DNA of 64,000 nt from Eledone cirrhosa (GCA_964016885.1 OZ024745.1:37138001-37202000); one strand, 5' to 3'. Positions 44,762-59,300 are shown, numbered from the stretch's first letter. Notes: generated from the letters alone by a model not told the origin. Numbers and translations are program-made.

Positions 44762-47700
44762 CATAGTCACACCCACACACATGTACACACTCATATATAT
44801 ATATATCTGTAACTCTGTCTGTGTTTTTTTGTGTATCTGTATGTATGTATGTATGTATGTATGTATGTATGTATGTATGTATGTATGTATGTATGTATGC
44901 ATGCATGCATGCATGTATGTGTGTATGTGTGTATGTATGTATCTGTGTATGTATGTTCTGGTTTCACTGGATTAGCAGTATTGGTAGAGGGTCGGACGCC
45001 ATGCTTTGACGTATAGAGTTACGTCCCTTTATGATCTGAGTTCAAATCCCGCCAAGGTTAACTTTGCCTTTCATCCTCACGGGGTCGATAAAATAAAGTA
45101 CCAGTAATGCACTGAGTAATTTCTGGCCTTGTGCCTAACGTAGAAACAATTATTTTATAAATTTGGATTGGCAGTAAGTAAGTATCGATAGAGAGTCGAA
45201 CACAATGCTTTGAAGCATAGAGTTACGTCCCTTTATGATCTGAGTTCAAATCCCGCCGAGGTTAACTTTGCCTTTCATCCTTACGGGGTCGATAAAATAA
45301 AGTACCAGTAATATACTGCGATAATTGCTGGCTTGTGCCAAAAGTAGGAACAATTATTTTATAAATTTATTCCAATAGAGTGAGAACCGGTTTTTAACAT
45401 AGACATAAGACTCTCTCATTGGGATTTAGCTAGGTAAACAATATGCAAATCACTGTATTTTATGGAACTCAAATCATTCCTTAAAGATTCCTTTATATAT
45501 TTCTATATATTTATTTATCTTTCTTTTACGTATTTTTGTTGTTGTTAACTACAAGCAGAATACATCAGAGTTCATGTGATATTTTTCTCTATTTTCTAAT
45601 CATTAACCAACTAAGATATATTCCATTGCTTCCAGAACAAATATTTTCCAACTCATATTACTATACTTAATTTTCTCACAGCTCTGTAATAATTATTTGT
45701 CTAATATATGACATACAAATGCTCGTGGTCTCAACTAATGTTGTTCAAGCTGCGTGGTTCACCCCATTAGTGGAGACAAAAATATAATTGATCACGACGT
45801 TAAGACACGATCAACAAACAGATTTTTTTTTCTTATTGAGTCGCAATACAAAACGCAGCTCTTGTTGTGGTTCGCAGTAATTAATGTTTGAATGACGCTG
45901 AATGATTAAAGTATTGGCCCCAACGGTCATAAAGTCGTTAGATCGATTTGCAGACCGGGTGTCGCGTTGTCTTTGAGCAAGACAATTAATTTAACATTGC
46001 TTTTGTTCACTGAGATAAGCTCCGGGATTCTGCACACATGCAAACATAGTCAAACGAACATAATAATATCTTGCATCAAGCTTCTCATGGGTTTACTGTT
46101 TGTTGCATGCACATCAAACATAACTGCTTAATTCTCAAACTTGGCGATGATTTAAAACATCGAATAGAATTTTCGTGGTATTTGTCCCGGTTCTATACAC
46201 TTTGATTTCAAATCTCGCACAGGTCAACTTTGTCTTTTGAACGTTGATTATGAATTCATACAGTTCTTCTTTCTTTCTGGACCTAGAAATAAATTAGCAG
46301 CTAATGGCAGGGAATTGTTAGAGCGTCGAACGAGATGTCTAGCGCTATCTGTGCCGGTACTTTGTATCCTGGGATAACATACCATCTACAGATTCAAGCA
46401 CTACCGATGGCGAGAGTTAATTAGCCGACAACGAGACCACAATTGATTCTGAAAGCTGCAATGTTTGGGAGAGGACTCTAGTTGCCTGCTTCTGCAGTCA
46501 AACTCGTCTATATAGGAATATTTGAACGTTACACTGCAAGTAACAAAATGATTATGAATTTATACAGTTCTTCTGATGTTTGGAGAATGTGAACTATTCT
46601 TGTTTTCACGGTGTCCGTCTGTAGTTAAGTGGTTCAAACTAACAAGGTTTGAATTTATTAACCAGGAACGCATCTAGCATTGCAAACGGGAGCCACTTGC
46701 GAAGGCGTGTTGCTTAGCGGCGAGGGAGTTCGGCCCATGATCGTAAGGTCGTGAGCCTGATTCCGTGCAGTGTGTTGTGTCTTTGAGCAAGACACTATAT
46801 TTCACATTGCATCAGTTCACTCAGCTGCTAAAAATAAGTTGTACCTGAAATTCAAAGGTCCAGGCCTTGTTACACACTATATTACGCTAAATCTTTCTAA
46901 AAAACAGATTAAACGTATATGTGGCTATGGAATACTGAACCACTTGCACGTCAATTTCAGGCTATCCCGTTGTTTGAAAAACTGGAACACTCATCATCAG
47001 AATCAACAATATGATTCAACAATATGAATCACTGGCCATTCTGCCAGCAGTCTAATGCCCTACCTATCAACATAGCCGGCAATGATTTCTTTAGTCATCC
47101 CATAGACCGATTCATTTTTGTATTTATTGCAGTACACTGTGTTCAGATTTCAAATCCTGCTGCGGTCAAAATGGCCGTTCATACTTCATAATTGAAAACA
47201 ATAAAATATCACGCTAACGTGGTGGACTAGCAGTCTCATTATAGCATTGGATAGGATGTCTTGAGGTATATTTTTACCGACGTTTTGATTTATGAGTTCA
47301 AAACCTGCTTTAGCTGGTTGCTAGAAGTAATACTCCCCGGTTTAGCAAGACTACACTGTCTTTTGGCGCCTGTAGTGGAATCCCTTATGCTGCAAGCAAT
47401 TGGACTATGACTCAGTTGTATAATCTATTTAATATTTATATTTTAGTAATGGCCACAATGAAAATAACATGTAGGTGTTTCAGATTTTATTAAATCGCTT
47501 CACAATCATGTTGAACTTGGGCTATAAACAATTTCATTAGAAGTATGTTATACTTGTATATCTACATGGCTTCAGACACGACCCATATTAGAAAGTAAAC
47601 TGATCGAATATTTCCAGTACATTGCTGAAAAACTTCCTTTTCCCTTCTTACCAGTACATTGCTGAAAAACGTCATGGAAACTACCTTCTCTCTCTAAGTG

Positions 47701-48493
47701 ACACAATCAACATCAACAACAACAAATTATGCAAGACAGACAAATAGAATAATAAAATTTCACATTATTATTATTATATGTGATATTATTTTACCTACTT
47801 AAGTCAGTTTCCAAAGAGGAAAACACCTAATAGAGATTTAGTCGATTATATTGACCACAATATAATCTACTGGCGGTTCCATAGCCAATGAGGGTTATCC
47901 GAGGCGTGGTTATTGCTAGTTGGAAACTATATTGACCACAATACTGAAACTTATTTTAGCGTTCTCTTTTTGTCGAACTGCTAAGTTACGGGGTATAAAA
48001 ATAATAAACGTAGGAGTATACACGTACACAAACTTAAGCTTCTACACAGTTTTCATCTAGCACAGTTTTCATCTAGCAAATTTCACAAGGCATTAATCAA
48101 CCCGAAACTATATATATATATATGAAGACTTTGCCCAAGATGTGACAAGGGGAAGTGGCCCTAAACCAGTTGGCAGCGAAGCGAACTCCTTAACCACACA
48201 GCCACCGCCATGCCTATATATACATGTATATATATATGTATATATGTGTGTGTCTGATGGTATCTAAGATGCTTCCATAGGCAGTATGCCGGTTGAGCAC
48301 TCTATGCTCTTACAGAGCAGAGTATAATAGAATATCATGTGAGAGAATAAGCTCCGAAATCATTAGACGTGTCCGTTGAACCTGCGGGTCCAGAATCAGA
48401 CAGATCCACACAATGATCGCATCTCGAGCTGTCCACCGGCGAAACATTTGTAACACACAAAAAATTGAGTTCAGATGCATCACTGATTTTTCG

Positions 48494-48597
<104 letters not shown>

Positions 48598-49112
48598 CAC
48601 ATGTTTGTGTATGTGTGTGTGAGTATGACTATATATATATATATATTTGTATGTATATATACATATTTATATTTCAATAAGATAACTATTTTTTCCTTCT
48701 TATTTTTTTCTCTTCCAATCGTTATATTTTTTCTCTTCTGCTAATGTGCTCCAGAAGATTTAATCTATTTTGTTTCCACAATGATGTTTAAACTCTTCTA
48801 CAAACAGGTACACGAAGTTAGTTCGGTACAACGTTGTATACAAGTTTTAATACTATCATTAAAAGTTTTAAGTCTTGTTTTCTTCCTTACTGTATTTTAA
48901 TGTGAAAGCCAGAAAGCTTTTGAAAACATTTTTTAAGCTTCTTATAAATTTTCATTGCAAGATAAGAAATCGACGCAGAATTATTATTATTATTTTTAGT
49001 ATTATTATCATTATTATTTGTAAGGAAGTTAAAAGTAGTAAACAGTCTTCGTCTGTCTGACACACACAAGGGAAATGAATAAATATATAATGTAAAACTT
49101 TTAAACCCATAA

Positions 49113-49164
<52 letters not shown>

Positions 49165-49183
49165 TGTATATATATGTGGTTAT

Positions 49184-49219
<36 letters not shown>

Positions 49220-50019
49220 CAGACACACGTACATACATATATGTGTGTATATATGTATGTATTCACAAATTGTTTTTTCTATTTGCTATGCCTGGAGGAA
49301 CAGACAATGCCTATGGCCTTCAAAGGACCTCCAACTCCAAGAAGATTGATGTCGAGTTAGGGCTTTGGACACGATATGCCAGATGAGAAAATAGGGAGGG
49401 TCGTGAGTACGTAAGTTGAAATGGCATAAGACTGAAGAAAAGAGGTCATTGAATAGCGGTAGAAAAAGCAAAGAGAAAATAGGAGACTGGTTTTGAATGA
49501 CTATATCAATATACATTATTGACCGCAAAAAACAAATCAGATGTAAACCGATGATGTTCTTGCAGTATAAACGATGTCTGCCTATGACAAAAAAAAAATG
49601 TATTGTAAAATTTATCGTCTACGAGATAGAGAATAAATATACAAACACCAACCAGCCAGAAACCACTGAAACAATATGTGGATTTGGTCCAGACAAATAG
49701 ATATGAACAAAAAATGTCCGTCCATTGCATCAAAAGAGAATTAGCATTTTAGAGACGAACAGTTTACGATATATCAGCTTTATTCGTATTGTGACAGGTT
49801 CCTTACTGGAGTTGCGCACATTATATACATAGACATTGTTTCAAAGCAAATTGCCCGCACCTCTGTACATATAGTGATGTAATATTATAATCTACGTTTT
49901 GGTGGGGAGTTTCCGCCCTTCGCCCAAACCCTCATTTCAGCGGGTCCTATCAGAAGCAACCTTCTCCAACTGATCCGGCTAGATCCCTAAGCGAGACCAG
50001 CCAAACAAAAAAATTAACA

Positions 50020-50658
50020 CACTAAAATACTGCCAACAGAAACACACACATTCGACGGCTATCGCACTGCTTGAATAAAAAAAATATAACCTCCAACAAT
50101 GAAGGCAACACGTATACATTTAAATCAGGACAAAATTTTACTGTAAAAAAATCACTTCACTTGCTCATCAAAAAATCTATTTTATGCCATTAAATGTAAA
50201 GGATGCAATGAAGATTATATAGGACAAACTAAACTCACACTCAGAAACAGAATGACAGTTCATCGCCAACAATTAAGAGATCCAACCACGAGACAGATAC
50301 CACTAAGCGCACATCTAGACATATGCGCAAGTAATAAGACACCCACATTCCAAGTCTTCCCATTTTACCTTTGCGCTAACAATACAACAGAACAAATACG
50401 AATAAATAAGGAAAATATGTTTATTCAAAAATATAGACCAGCATTAAATATGGTTTAATATACATTATGTCAACACCATAACATGCTAACTATCCAAACA
50501 GACACATACACACACATAACACCTTCTACTTTAGAAAATAAAAACCCGAACTAAATAAACCTTAACATACGTTTGCACTGACAATACAACAGAACAAATA
50601 CGAATAAGTAAGGAAAATATGTTCATTCAAAAATATTCCTACTAAAGGAATCATTTTC

Positions 50659-50721
<63 letters not shown>

Positions 50722-51602
50722 ATATATATATTCTCATCATCTTAACATGCTAACCATACTCCCACACACAACACCCATACACACACACAACTCACCTCCC
50801 CCATTTCTACTAATAGAATCACTTTCCTACACACATATATACACACACACAAAATATATATTCTCTCCATCTTAACATACTCCCACACACACACACATAA
50901 CACCCATATACACACACACACACAACTCCCTCCCCCATTTCTACTAATGGAATCATCTTCCAATACACACACACACACAAGCACACAAATAAACATACAT
51001 ATCTTTACTTTCTTTATTCAATAGAAAATCTGAATTCTGACACCCCAGCGAACTAACCATATTCACTGAACCAGAACAATTCTCCCATCCCATTTCTCTT
51101 GACCATTATCTTTTACTTATCATAAAATTCTCTAAAAAGGCTACAGAATGGATTTCCAAATAAGGGCGCGAAAATTTAATGAAAACTTGTTCGCGTGACA
51201 GCCATAATTTCATTTATAACCAACCAAAAAAAAGCCTTCGTGAGCCCCTTTTTTTCAAGTAAAAAGAAATTCAAACACTCATATATGAAAAAAACAACCT
51301 GTGACCCCCCCCCCCCCCTTTTGAAGAACTTTGTAACGCGAACTGGCGCGAAATTTATTATAATTATTGACCAACCAATCAAATTACTTCTCGAAAAACC
51401 TGGCATTTCGAGCCACTTTTTCCATATAAAACAAGTAACATTCAGAGACCAACCAGATGTGAGAAAAACCACAGACCCTCCATCTCAACTCTACTTTTGA
51501 AAAGCAGAAGAACTGCGAAACCGGTAAAGGAACCAAATAAATATATATATTTAAAAAAAAATAAGACTCCAGTTGCATTTTCGATTTCATCTTTTTTTCA
51601 TT
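50020..51602 (+). mobile_element. PLE 3' portion: GIY-YIG endonuclease (ends 50458), 3' UTR and HHR
   Basis: HFTCSSKNLFYAIKCKGCNEDYIGQTKLTLRNRMTVHRQQ...RINKENMFIQKYRPALNMV*; ends TTTTTTCAT next to (TA)n. Confidence 0.88.
51494..51529 (+). ncRNA. Minimal type I hammerhead ribozyme, U3-A8 core variant
   Basis: CTT-TTGAAAA-GCAG aagaa CTGC-GAAA-CCGG-TA-AAG. Stem III is the palindrome ACCGGT and AATAAA lies a few nt downstream. Confidence 0.72.
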
Positions 51603-51612
51603 ATATATATAT

Positions 51613-51645
<33 letters not shown>

Positions 51646-51684
51646 ATATATATATATATAATATATATATATATAATATATATA

Positions 51685-52318
51685 TTGTTATACTTTGGGA
51701 GGGTCATGTTGCCAATAAGAAACACACGCACCAGTTGCTTTCACTTCAATTTATTATTATAATAAATTTATAATAAATTTATAAATTTATAAATTTCTGA
51801 TTGGTTGGTTGGTTCCACAACCAGATAGTTGTTTATATATTGTCATAGTTCTTTCGTCACACACTCTGTGACCTCTTCAGTAACTGGGGATTCCTTTCTT
51901 TGTTTCTGTGCCTCTCCTTTGTTCTGTCCTACGCCATTTTGTTTCTGTGTCTGTGTTGTGTGCTCAGTCTGCGCATGCGCCATATCCGGGTGTCTGTGTG
52001 TGTTTATGTCATTTATTTATTTGTTTATTTACATGTTACTGGTTGGTTGTTTGTTCTATGTGTGTGTGTGTTTTCATTTTGTCCTTAATTGTAAGTTGTG
52101 ATGTTGCTGTTCCACTCATATTTTCTATTTAATTTTGGTTGTAATTCTTTTATGTTTATTGCCTCTGTAATTTGTCTAAACATTGCGTCTTTTCTCTGTG
52201 CAGATTCTATTTTTATTTCTATGTTCTCTAATTTACCCTTGTGTTCTATTTTAGCATGTTGGTATGTTGGTAGAGTACAGATGATTCAGATGATTCTTTA
52301 CAAATTCAGAAACGAAAT
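51685..52318 (-). mobile_element. Family F PLE 3' portion: GIY-YIG C-terminus, 3' UTR, HHR at 51842-51884 (-), short inverted tip at ~52292-52318
   Basis: Minus strand encodes AMFRQITEAINIKELQPKLNRKYEW. The HHR reads GTTA-CTGAAGA-gGTCACA gagtg TGTGAC-GAAA-GAAC-TA-TGAC. Confidence 0.8.
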
Positions 52319-52442
52319 ATATATATATAATATATATATATATAATATATATATATATATAATATATATATATAATATATATATATAATATATATATATA
52401 ATATATATATATAATATATATATATATAATATATATATATAT

Positions 52443-52560
52443 AATTGTTTCTACTTTTGGCACAAGGCCAGCAATTACCCAGTGTATTACTGGTACTTTA
52501 TTTTATCGACCCCATAAGGATGAAAGGCAAAGTTAACCTCGGCGGGATTTGAACTCAGAA
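52443..52560 (-). mobile_element. tRNA-derived SINE, 3' part
   Basis: Homology to the other copies. Confidence 0.85.
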
Positions 52561-52619
52561 TATATATATATAATATATATATATATAATATATATATATA
52601 ATATATATATATATATAAT

Positions 52620-52759
<140 letters not shown>

Positions 52760-52782
52760 TAATATATATATATAATATATAT

Positions 52783-53493
52783 ATACAAATATATTACACA
52801 AAGAGAAATGTGTTACACAGTGAGGTGTGTGTAAAGAATTATTACAAGTGAGTTTAACCGTTACTGTATGGAGAACAATATCTACAGGTTAGCAATTAAA
52901 TAGAAAAAAACTAAGTCAGAATCAAATCTCTGAAGTAGAGTTTTAAATTACCAACCTTATAACTATAAGTTTGCTGATACGTATCTAGTTCGTCTCGCCA
53001 CAGAAATGTGCAGTTTAACAGCCCACAGGTTACTCAGTCAGCAAATGTGGATTCTGTTCACGACACATCTAACCTCATGGATAGAGAGAAAGCTAATATA
53101 CACGCTGCCCAGAGTAGGGCGAAATCACGTGTTATTTCCATCAAATAACAGCTCTCATGGATTGGGGAAAATGCTAGAGAAGGCAGCCCAGCTATTCGAA
53201 TTTATTAGCTCAACAATTTGGAGCTCGTTAAGTATACGAGGATCGGAATTAAGAGTATTCCGCAGTTCACAGTAATAATAATAATATTAGCTCAAAGAAG
53301 AATAGAGAAGTTTCTTTTGAGCTCAAATACAAATATATTGCACAAAGAGAAATGTGTTACACAGTGAGATGTGTGTAAAAAATTATTACAAGTGAGAGAA
53401 CAATATCTACAGTTTAGCAATTAAATAGAAAAAAACCAAGTCAGAATCAAATCTCTGAAGTAGAGTTTTAAATTACCTACCTTATAACTATAA
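52783..53493 (-). mobile_element. 544-bp-period partial tandem (~1.3 units) with a decayed HHR at 52970-53045
   Basis: Direct repeats 52783-52968 and 53327-53493. Minus strand reads TTTGCTGA-CTGAGTA-...ggc-GAGA-CG aactagata CG-TA-TCAGCAAA (8-bp stem I, two core changes). Confidence 0.55.
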
Positions 53494-53579
53494 TATATAT
53501 ATAATAACTATATAATATATATGTGGCAACCGTTCACAATGTGGCTCAATGAAGAATTAATAAATTAAATAATCAGAGC

Positions 53580-54360
53580 AATATATCATAAATCATGTCC
53601 ATAGAATCATTAGATAAAATATACACTATTTCCTCTCCCAATTAGCATAATTAACCACATAAAAAATCAATTAGACCAGGCTATAAGAATAAAGGCTCCT
53701 ATGAAGAAATATTTGATAAATAACCGCAAGCAGCCTCTTCGCGACTGACCGCAATAGAGTATTTACCCAACATTTCAACAGCATGTAGAAATTGACTAAA
53801 TATACCGTTTAATAATCTCCCGTTGGGTTGAGATGCAATTTGGGCGATATTGGGCTGCGCTTTCTAGCAACCAGCCTACTCGCCGTAAGCAACTAATCAC
53901 ATTCTTTCCAACTTGACCACTGGCACGTCACGATTCTTAACCATTTTTTAAATCTATTTCTGGCGGGGATCGTATTGGAAAATTAACTGTCCTATTGAGT
54001 TTGTCTCCTGATGAGTTCGATACTCGAGATTTATCCTTAATAGGATATCTCAAAATACGAACAAAACCATGGTAGGAATATATTACGGTAAGAATGTACG
54101 CATTTCTTCTAACTTTAAATTTATACCTAATTGTGTATGGTTGACGGTATATTTAGTCAGTTTCTACATGCTGTTGAAATGTTGGGTAAATACTCTATTG
54201 CGGTCAGCCGCGAAGAGGCTGCTTTCGGTTATTTATCAAATATTTTTTCATAGGAGCCTTTATTCTTATAGCCTGGTCTAATTGATTTTTCATGTGGTTA
54301 ATTATGCTAATTGGGAGAGGAAATAGTGTACTGATTCTATGAACATGATTTATAATATAT
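53580..54360. mobile_element. Family H inverted pair with decayed long-stem-II HHR at ~54006-54076 (+)
   Basis: 53580-53808 is the reverse complement of ~54144-54360. The motif reads CTGATGA-GTTCG..GAGAT tTATCC ttaa tAGGATA TCTC..CGAAC-AAAA-CCATGG-TA. Confidence 0.65.
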
Positions 54361-54361
54361 A

Positions 54362-54650
54362 TATTGTTATACTTTGGGAGGTCATGCTGCCAATAAAAAC
54401 ACGCGCACCTGTTGGTTTTCACTTCAATTTATTATGTTTCCGGTTGGTTGGTTGGTTCGATAACCGGAAGGTTGTTTATATATTGTCAAAGCTCTTTCGT
54501 CACACATTCTGTGACCTTATAATAAATTGAAATGAAAACCAACAGCTGCGTGTGTTTTTATTGGCAGCATGACCCTCCCAAAGTATAAAACAATATCTGT
54601 TTCAACACACGTTTTCAGATAAGAAATCTCGCAAAATAAATTCAAAAGCG
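54362..54650. mobile_element. Family F inverted pair; minus arm truncated at the base of HHR stem II
   Basis: Junction at about 54517 (..GTGACCT|TATAATAAATTG..). Confidence 0.72.
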
Positions 54651-56393
54651 AATTATATCTATATACATATATAATACCACAGGATATAGCTATCATTCCT
54701 ACACATTTTCATATTCTTCTTTTTTTTATTCTACTTTGACAAAGGGTTCGATCTCAAACGTCAGCTCCCATCTTCAATTTCTACTCTTATTTCTCCTGTA
54801 CAAACATTGTTCATATCATGTGTAAATATTTTGTTCCCCGCGCGTTTTCTTTTTTTACAATTGTTTTCTACTTTTTTTAAATTCTTTTTTTTTTTTTAAA
54901 CTTTGACGTTTAACTGTTTGCACCAACGTTCCTTTGCATAGTCCCGCGTGGAATGTTGTGCAAGCCTCATTTACTATACTTTCAGGTCGACGCAGACTTT
55001 GTGGGGGAAATTATATTGGCGGAAATTGTTTGGCTACTCATCGGTTGGACTGTACTTGTAATTCAAAAGGTCGGTCTTAACATACACTGTAGAACGCTGA
55101 ATTACGTTAAGGTTACACCTGCCTGTGGAATGCTTAGCAACTTACGCTACAATACAAAATAGACTGTACCTGTAATTCAACGAGTCGATCTTGTCATACA
55201 TTGTGTCACATTAAATCTCCTTGAGAATTACATGAAGGATTTACATGTCTATGGGATACTTGGCCACTTGAAATATAATATACAATGGATTGTACCTTTA
55301 TTTTAAAGAGCTGACCGTGTCACACATTCTGTTACGCTGAATCCATCTAAGAATCACGTCATGGTTACACGTTATTTTAACGATTAGGCTGTTCCGTTGT
55401 TCGAGATTGAACAACTGGAACACACCTCACCTAAACCGATGGAGATCCATTCCATTTCCATTAACCAATATTTCGTTAACGTGATTCACCCATTCCTTAA
55501 TCTAGTTACGAAAATACATAACTGAGTGCATTTAAGATCTTCTTTAAACTAAAACGAAAGAACTGGAGAAATGTCTATTAAATCATCAGCCTGCACGCCA
55601 GAAGAAGAAGATGTCTTCTTTTAGTTTTATTTGAATATGTCTTTACGTTTTAGTATGTTTTGGTTTGGTTGTGCTAAGATTTTTATTTTCGGTAAATTCT
55701 CTGTAAATCTTAATTCATAGATAACAAATCCGTAAAAAGGAAGACACGTTGAACCAAAAGAAGCCAAAGAAGAATCAGAAACTGTTTTTGTTTGTCAAAT
55801 CGATGGAAGTTAGTGAGACACAGATTGAGAGAAGCGTAGAGATAAAGGGTGTAGAGTGAGAGAGGGGGAGAGAGAGTGGCGTGGAGATAAAGGGAGTAGG
55901 GAGAGGGGGGAGAGAGAGAATGAGAGTGGCGTGGAGATAAAGGGAGTAGGGAGAGAGGGCAGAGAGAGAGAGAGAGAGAGAGAGCGACGTGGCGTAGAGA
56001 TAAAGGGAGTAGGGAAAAAGAGAGAGAGGGAGCTAGAGAGAGAGAGAGATTGAGAGCGGTATAGAGATAAAGGATAAAGGGAGTAGAGACAGAGAGAGAG
56101 AGAGAGAGAGAACGGCGTGGGGGAAAATGGAAGAAGGGAAAGACGAAGAGGAAATAGAAAGAGAATGGCAAGAGTGAGGGAGAGAGAAGGAAAAAGAAAA
56201 GGTGGGAGGGGGGATATAAAGGGAGGAAGAAGAGATAAAAGGAAAAATACAAGGGAAAGAAAGAGGTGAGAATGATGAAGAAAGATAGAAGGCATAAAGA
56301 GAGAGAGAGAGATAGGGGGTGGAGATAGAGAGTAAAAAGGTAAGATAGGGATAGAGTGGAGAGATAGATATAAAGAGGGGATAGAGTGAGTGG

Positions 56394-59300
56394 GACGGAG
56401 CGTTGGAAGAGTTGGAGGGGGAGACGGAGAGTTGGAAGAGTCGGAGGGGGAGACGGAGAGTTGGAAGAGTCGGAGGGGGAGACGGAGAGTTGGAAGAGTT
56501 GGAGGGGGAGACGGAGGGTTGGAAGAGTTGGAGGGGAGACGGAGAGTTGGAAGAGTTGGAGGGGGAGACGGAGAGTTGGAAGAGTTGGAGGGGGAGACGG
56601 AGAGTTGGAAGAGTTGGAGGGGGAGACGGAGAGTTGGAAGAGTTGGAGGGGGAGACGGAGAGTTGGAAGAGTCGGAGGGGGAGACGGAGAGTTGGAAGAG
56701 TTGGAGGGGAGACGGAGAGTTAGAAGAGTTGGAGGGGAGACGGAGAGTTGGAAGAGTTGGAGGGGGAGACGGAGGGTTGGAAGAGTTGGAGGGGGAGGGG
56801 GAGGGTTGGAAGAGTTTGAAGAGTTGGAGGGGGAGACGGAGAGTTGGAAGAGTTGGAGGGGGAGACGGAGAGTTGGAAGAGTTGGAGGGGGAGACGGAGG
56901 GTTGGAAGAGTTGGAGGGGGAGACGGAGAGTTGGAAGAGTTGGAGGGGGAGACGGAGGGTTGGAAGAGTTGGAGGGGGAGACGGGGAGTTTGAAGAGTTG
57001 GAGGGGGAGACGGAGAGTTGGAAGAGTTGGAGGGGGAGACGGAGAGTTGGAAGAGTTGGAGGGGGAGACGGAGAGTTGGAAGAGTTGGAGGGGGAGACGG
57101 AGGGTTGGAAGAGTTGGAGGGGGAGACGGAGAGTTGGAAGAGTTGGAGGGGGAGACGGAGGGTTGGAAGAGTTGGAGGGGGAGACGGGGAGTTTGAAGAG
57201 TTGGAGGGGGAGACGGAGAGTTGGAAGAGTTGGAGGGGGAGACGGAGAGTTGGAAGAGTTGGAGGGGGAGACGGAGGGTTGGAAGAGTTGGAGGGGGAGA
57301 CGGAGGGTTGGAAGAGTTGGAGGGGGAGACGGAGAGTTGGAAGAGTTGGAGGGGGAGACGGAGAGTTTGAAGAGTCGGAGGGGGAGACGGAGGGTTGGAA
57401 GAGTTGGAGGGGGAGACGGAGGGTTGGAAGAGTTGGAGGGGGAGACAGAGAGTTGGAAGAGTTGGAGGGGGAGACGGAGAGTTTGAAGAGTCGGAGGGGG
57501 AGACGGAGGGTTGGAAGAGTTGGAGGGGGAGACGGGGAGTTTGAAGAGTTGGAGGGGGAGACGGAGAGTTGGAAGAGTTGGAGGGGGAGACGGAGGGTTG
57601 GAAGAGTTGGAGGGGGAGACGGAGAGTTGGAAGAGTTGGAGGGGGAGACGGAGGGTTGGAAGAGTTGGAGGGGGAGACGGGGAGTTTGAAGAGTTGGAGG
57701 GGGAGACGGAGAGTTGGAAGAGTTGGAGGGGGAGACGGAGGGTTGGAAGAGTTGGAGGGGGAGACGGAGAGTTGGAAGAGTTGGAGGGGGAGACGGAGAG
57801 TTGGAAGAGTTGGAGGGGGAGACGGAGAGTTGGAAGAGTTGGAGGGGGAGACGGAGGGTTGGAAGAGTTGGAGGGGGAGACGGAGGGTTGGAAGAGTTGG
57901 AGGGGGAGACGGAGAGTTGGAAGAGTTGGAGGGGGAGACGGAGGGTTGGAAGAGTTGGAGGGGGAGACGGAGAGTTGGAAGAGTTGGAGGGGGAGACGGA
58001 GGGTTGGAAGAGTTGGAGGGGGAGACGGGGAGTTTGAAGAGTTGGAGGGGGAGACGGAGAGTTGGAAGAGTTGGAGGGGGAGACGAAGAGTTGGAAGAGT
58101 TGGAGGGGGAGACGGAGAGTTGGAAGAGTCGGAGGGGGAGACGGAGAGTTGGAAGAGTTGGAGGGGAGACGGAGAGTTGGAAGAGTTGGAGGGGAGACGG
58201 AGAGTTGGAAGAGTTGGAGGGGGAGACGGAGAGTTGGAAGAGTTGGAGGGGGAGACGGAGAGTTGGAAGAGTTGGAGGGGAGACGGAGAGTTGGAAGAGT
58301 TGGAGGGGGAGACGGAGAGTTGGAAGAGTTGGAGGGGGAGACGGAGAGTTGGAAGAGTTGGAGGGGGAGACGGAGAGTTGGAAGAGTCGGAGGGGGAGAC
58401 GGAGAGTTGGAAGAGTTGGAGGGGGAGACGGAGAGTTGGAAGAGTTGGAGGGGGAGACGGAGGGTTGGAAAAGTTTGAAGAGTTGGAGGGGGAGACGGAG
58501 GGTTGGAAGAGTCGGAGGGGGAGACGGAGGGTTGGAAGAGTTGGAGGGGGAGACGGAGAGTTGGAAGAGTCGGAGGGGGAGACGGAGAGTTGGAAGAGTC
58601 GGAGGGGGAGACGGAGAGTTGGAAGAGTCGGAGGGGGAGACGGAAGGTTGGAAGAGTTGGAGGGGGAGACGGAGAGTTGGAAGAGTCGGAGGGGGAGACG
58701 GAGGGTTGGAAGAGTCGGAAGGGGAGACGGAGGGTTGGAAGAGTTGGAGGGGGAGACGGAGGGTTGGAAGAGTTGGAGGGGGAGACGGAGGGTTGGAAGA
58801 GTTGGAGGGGGAGACGGAGAGTTGGAAGAGTCGGAGGGGGAGACGGAGAGTTGGAAGAGTCGGAGGGGGAGACGGAGAGTTGGAAGAGTCGGAGGGGGAG
58901 ACGGAAGGTTGGAAGAGTTGGAGGGGGAGACGGAGAGTTGGAAGAGTCGGAGGGGGAGACGGAGGGTTGGAAGAGTCGGAAGGGGAGACGGAGGGTTGGA
59001 AGAGTTGGAGGGGGAGACGGAGGGTTGGAAGAGTTGGAGGGGGAGACGGAGGGTTGGAAGAGTTGGAGGGGGAGACGGAGAGTTGGAAGAGTCGGAGGGG
59101 GAGACGGAGAGTTGGAAGAGTTGGAGGGGGAGACGGAGGGTTGGAAAAGTTTGAAGAGTTGGAGGGGGAGACGGAGGGTTGGAAGAGTTGGAGGGGGAGA
59201 CGGAGAGTTGGAAGAGTCGGAGGGGGAGACGGAGGGTTGGAAGAGTTGGAGGGGGAGACGGAGGGTTGGAAGAGTTGGAGGGGGAGACGGAGGGTTGGAA

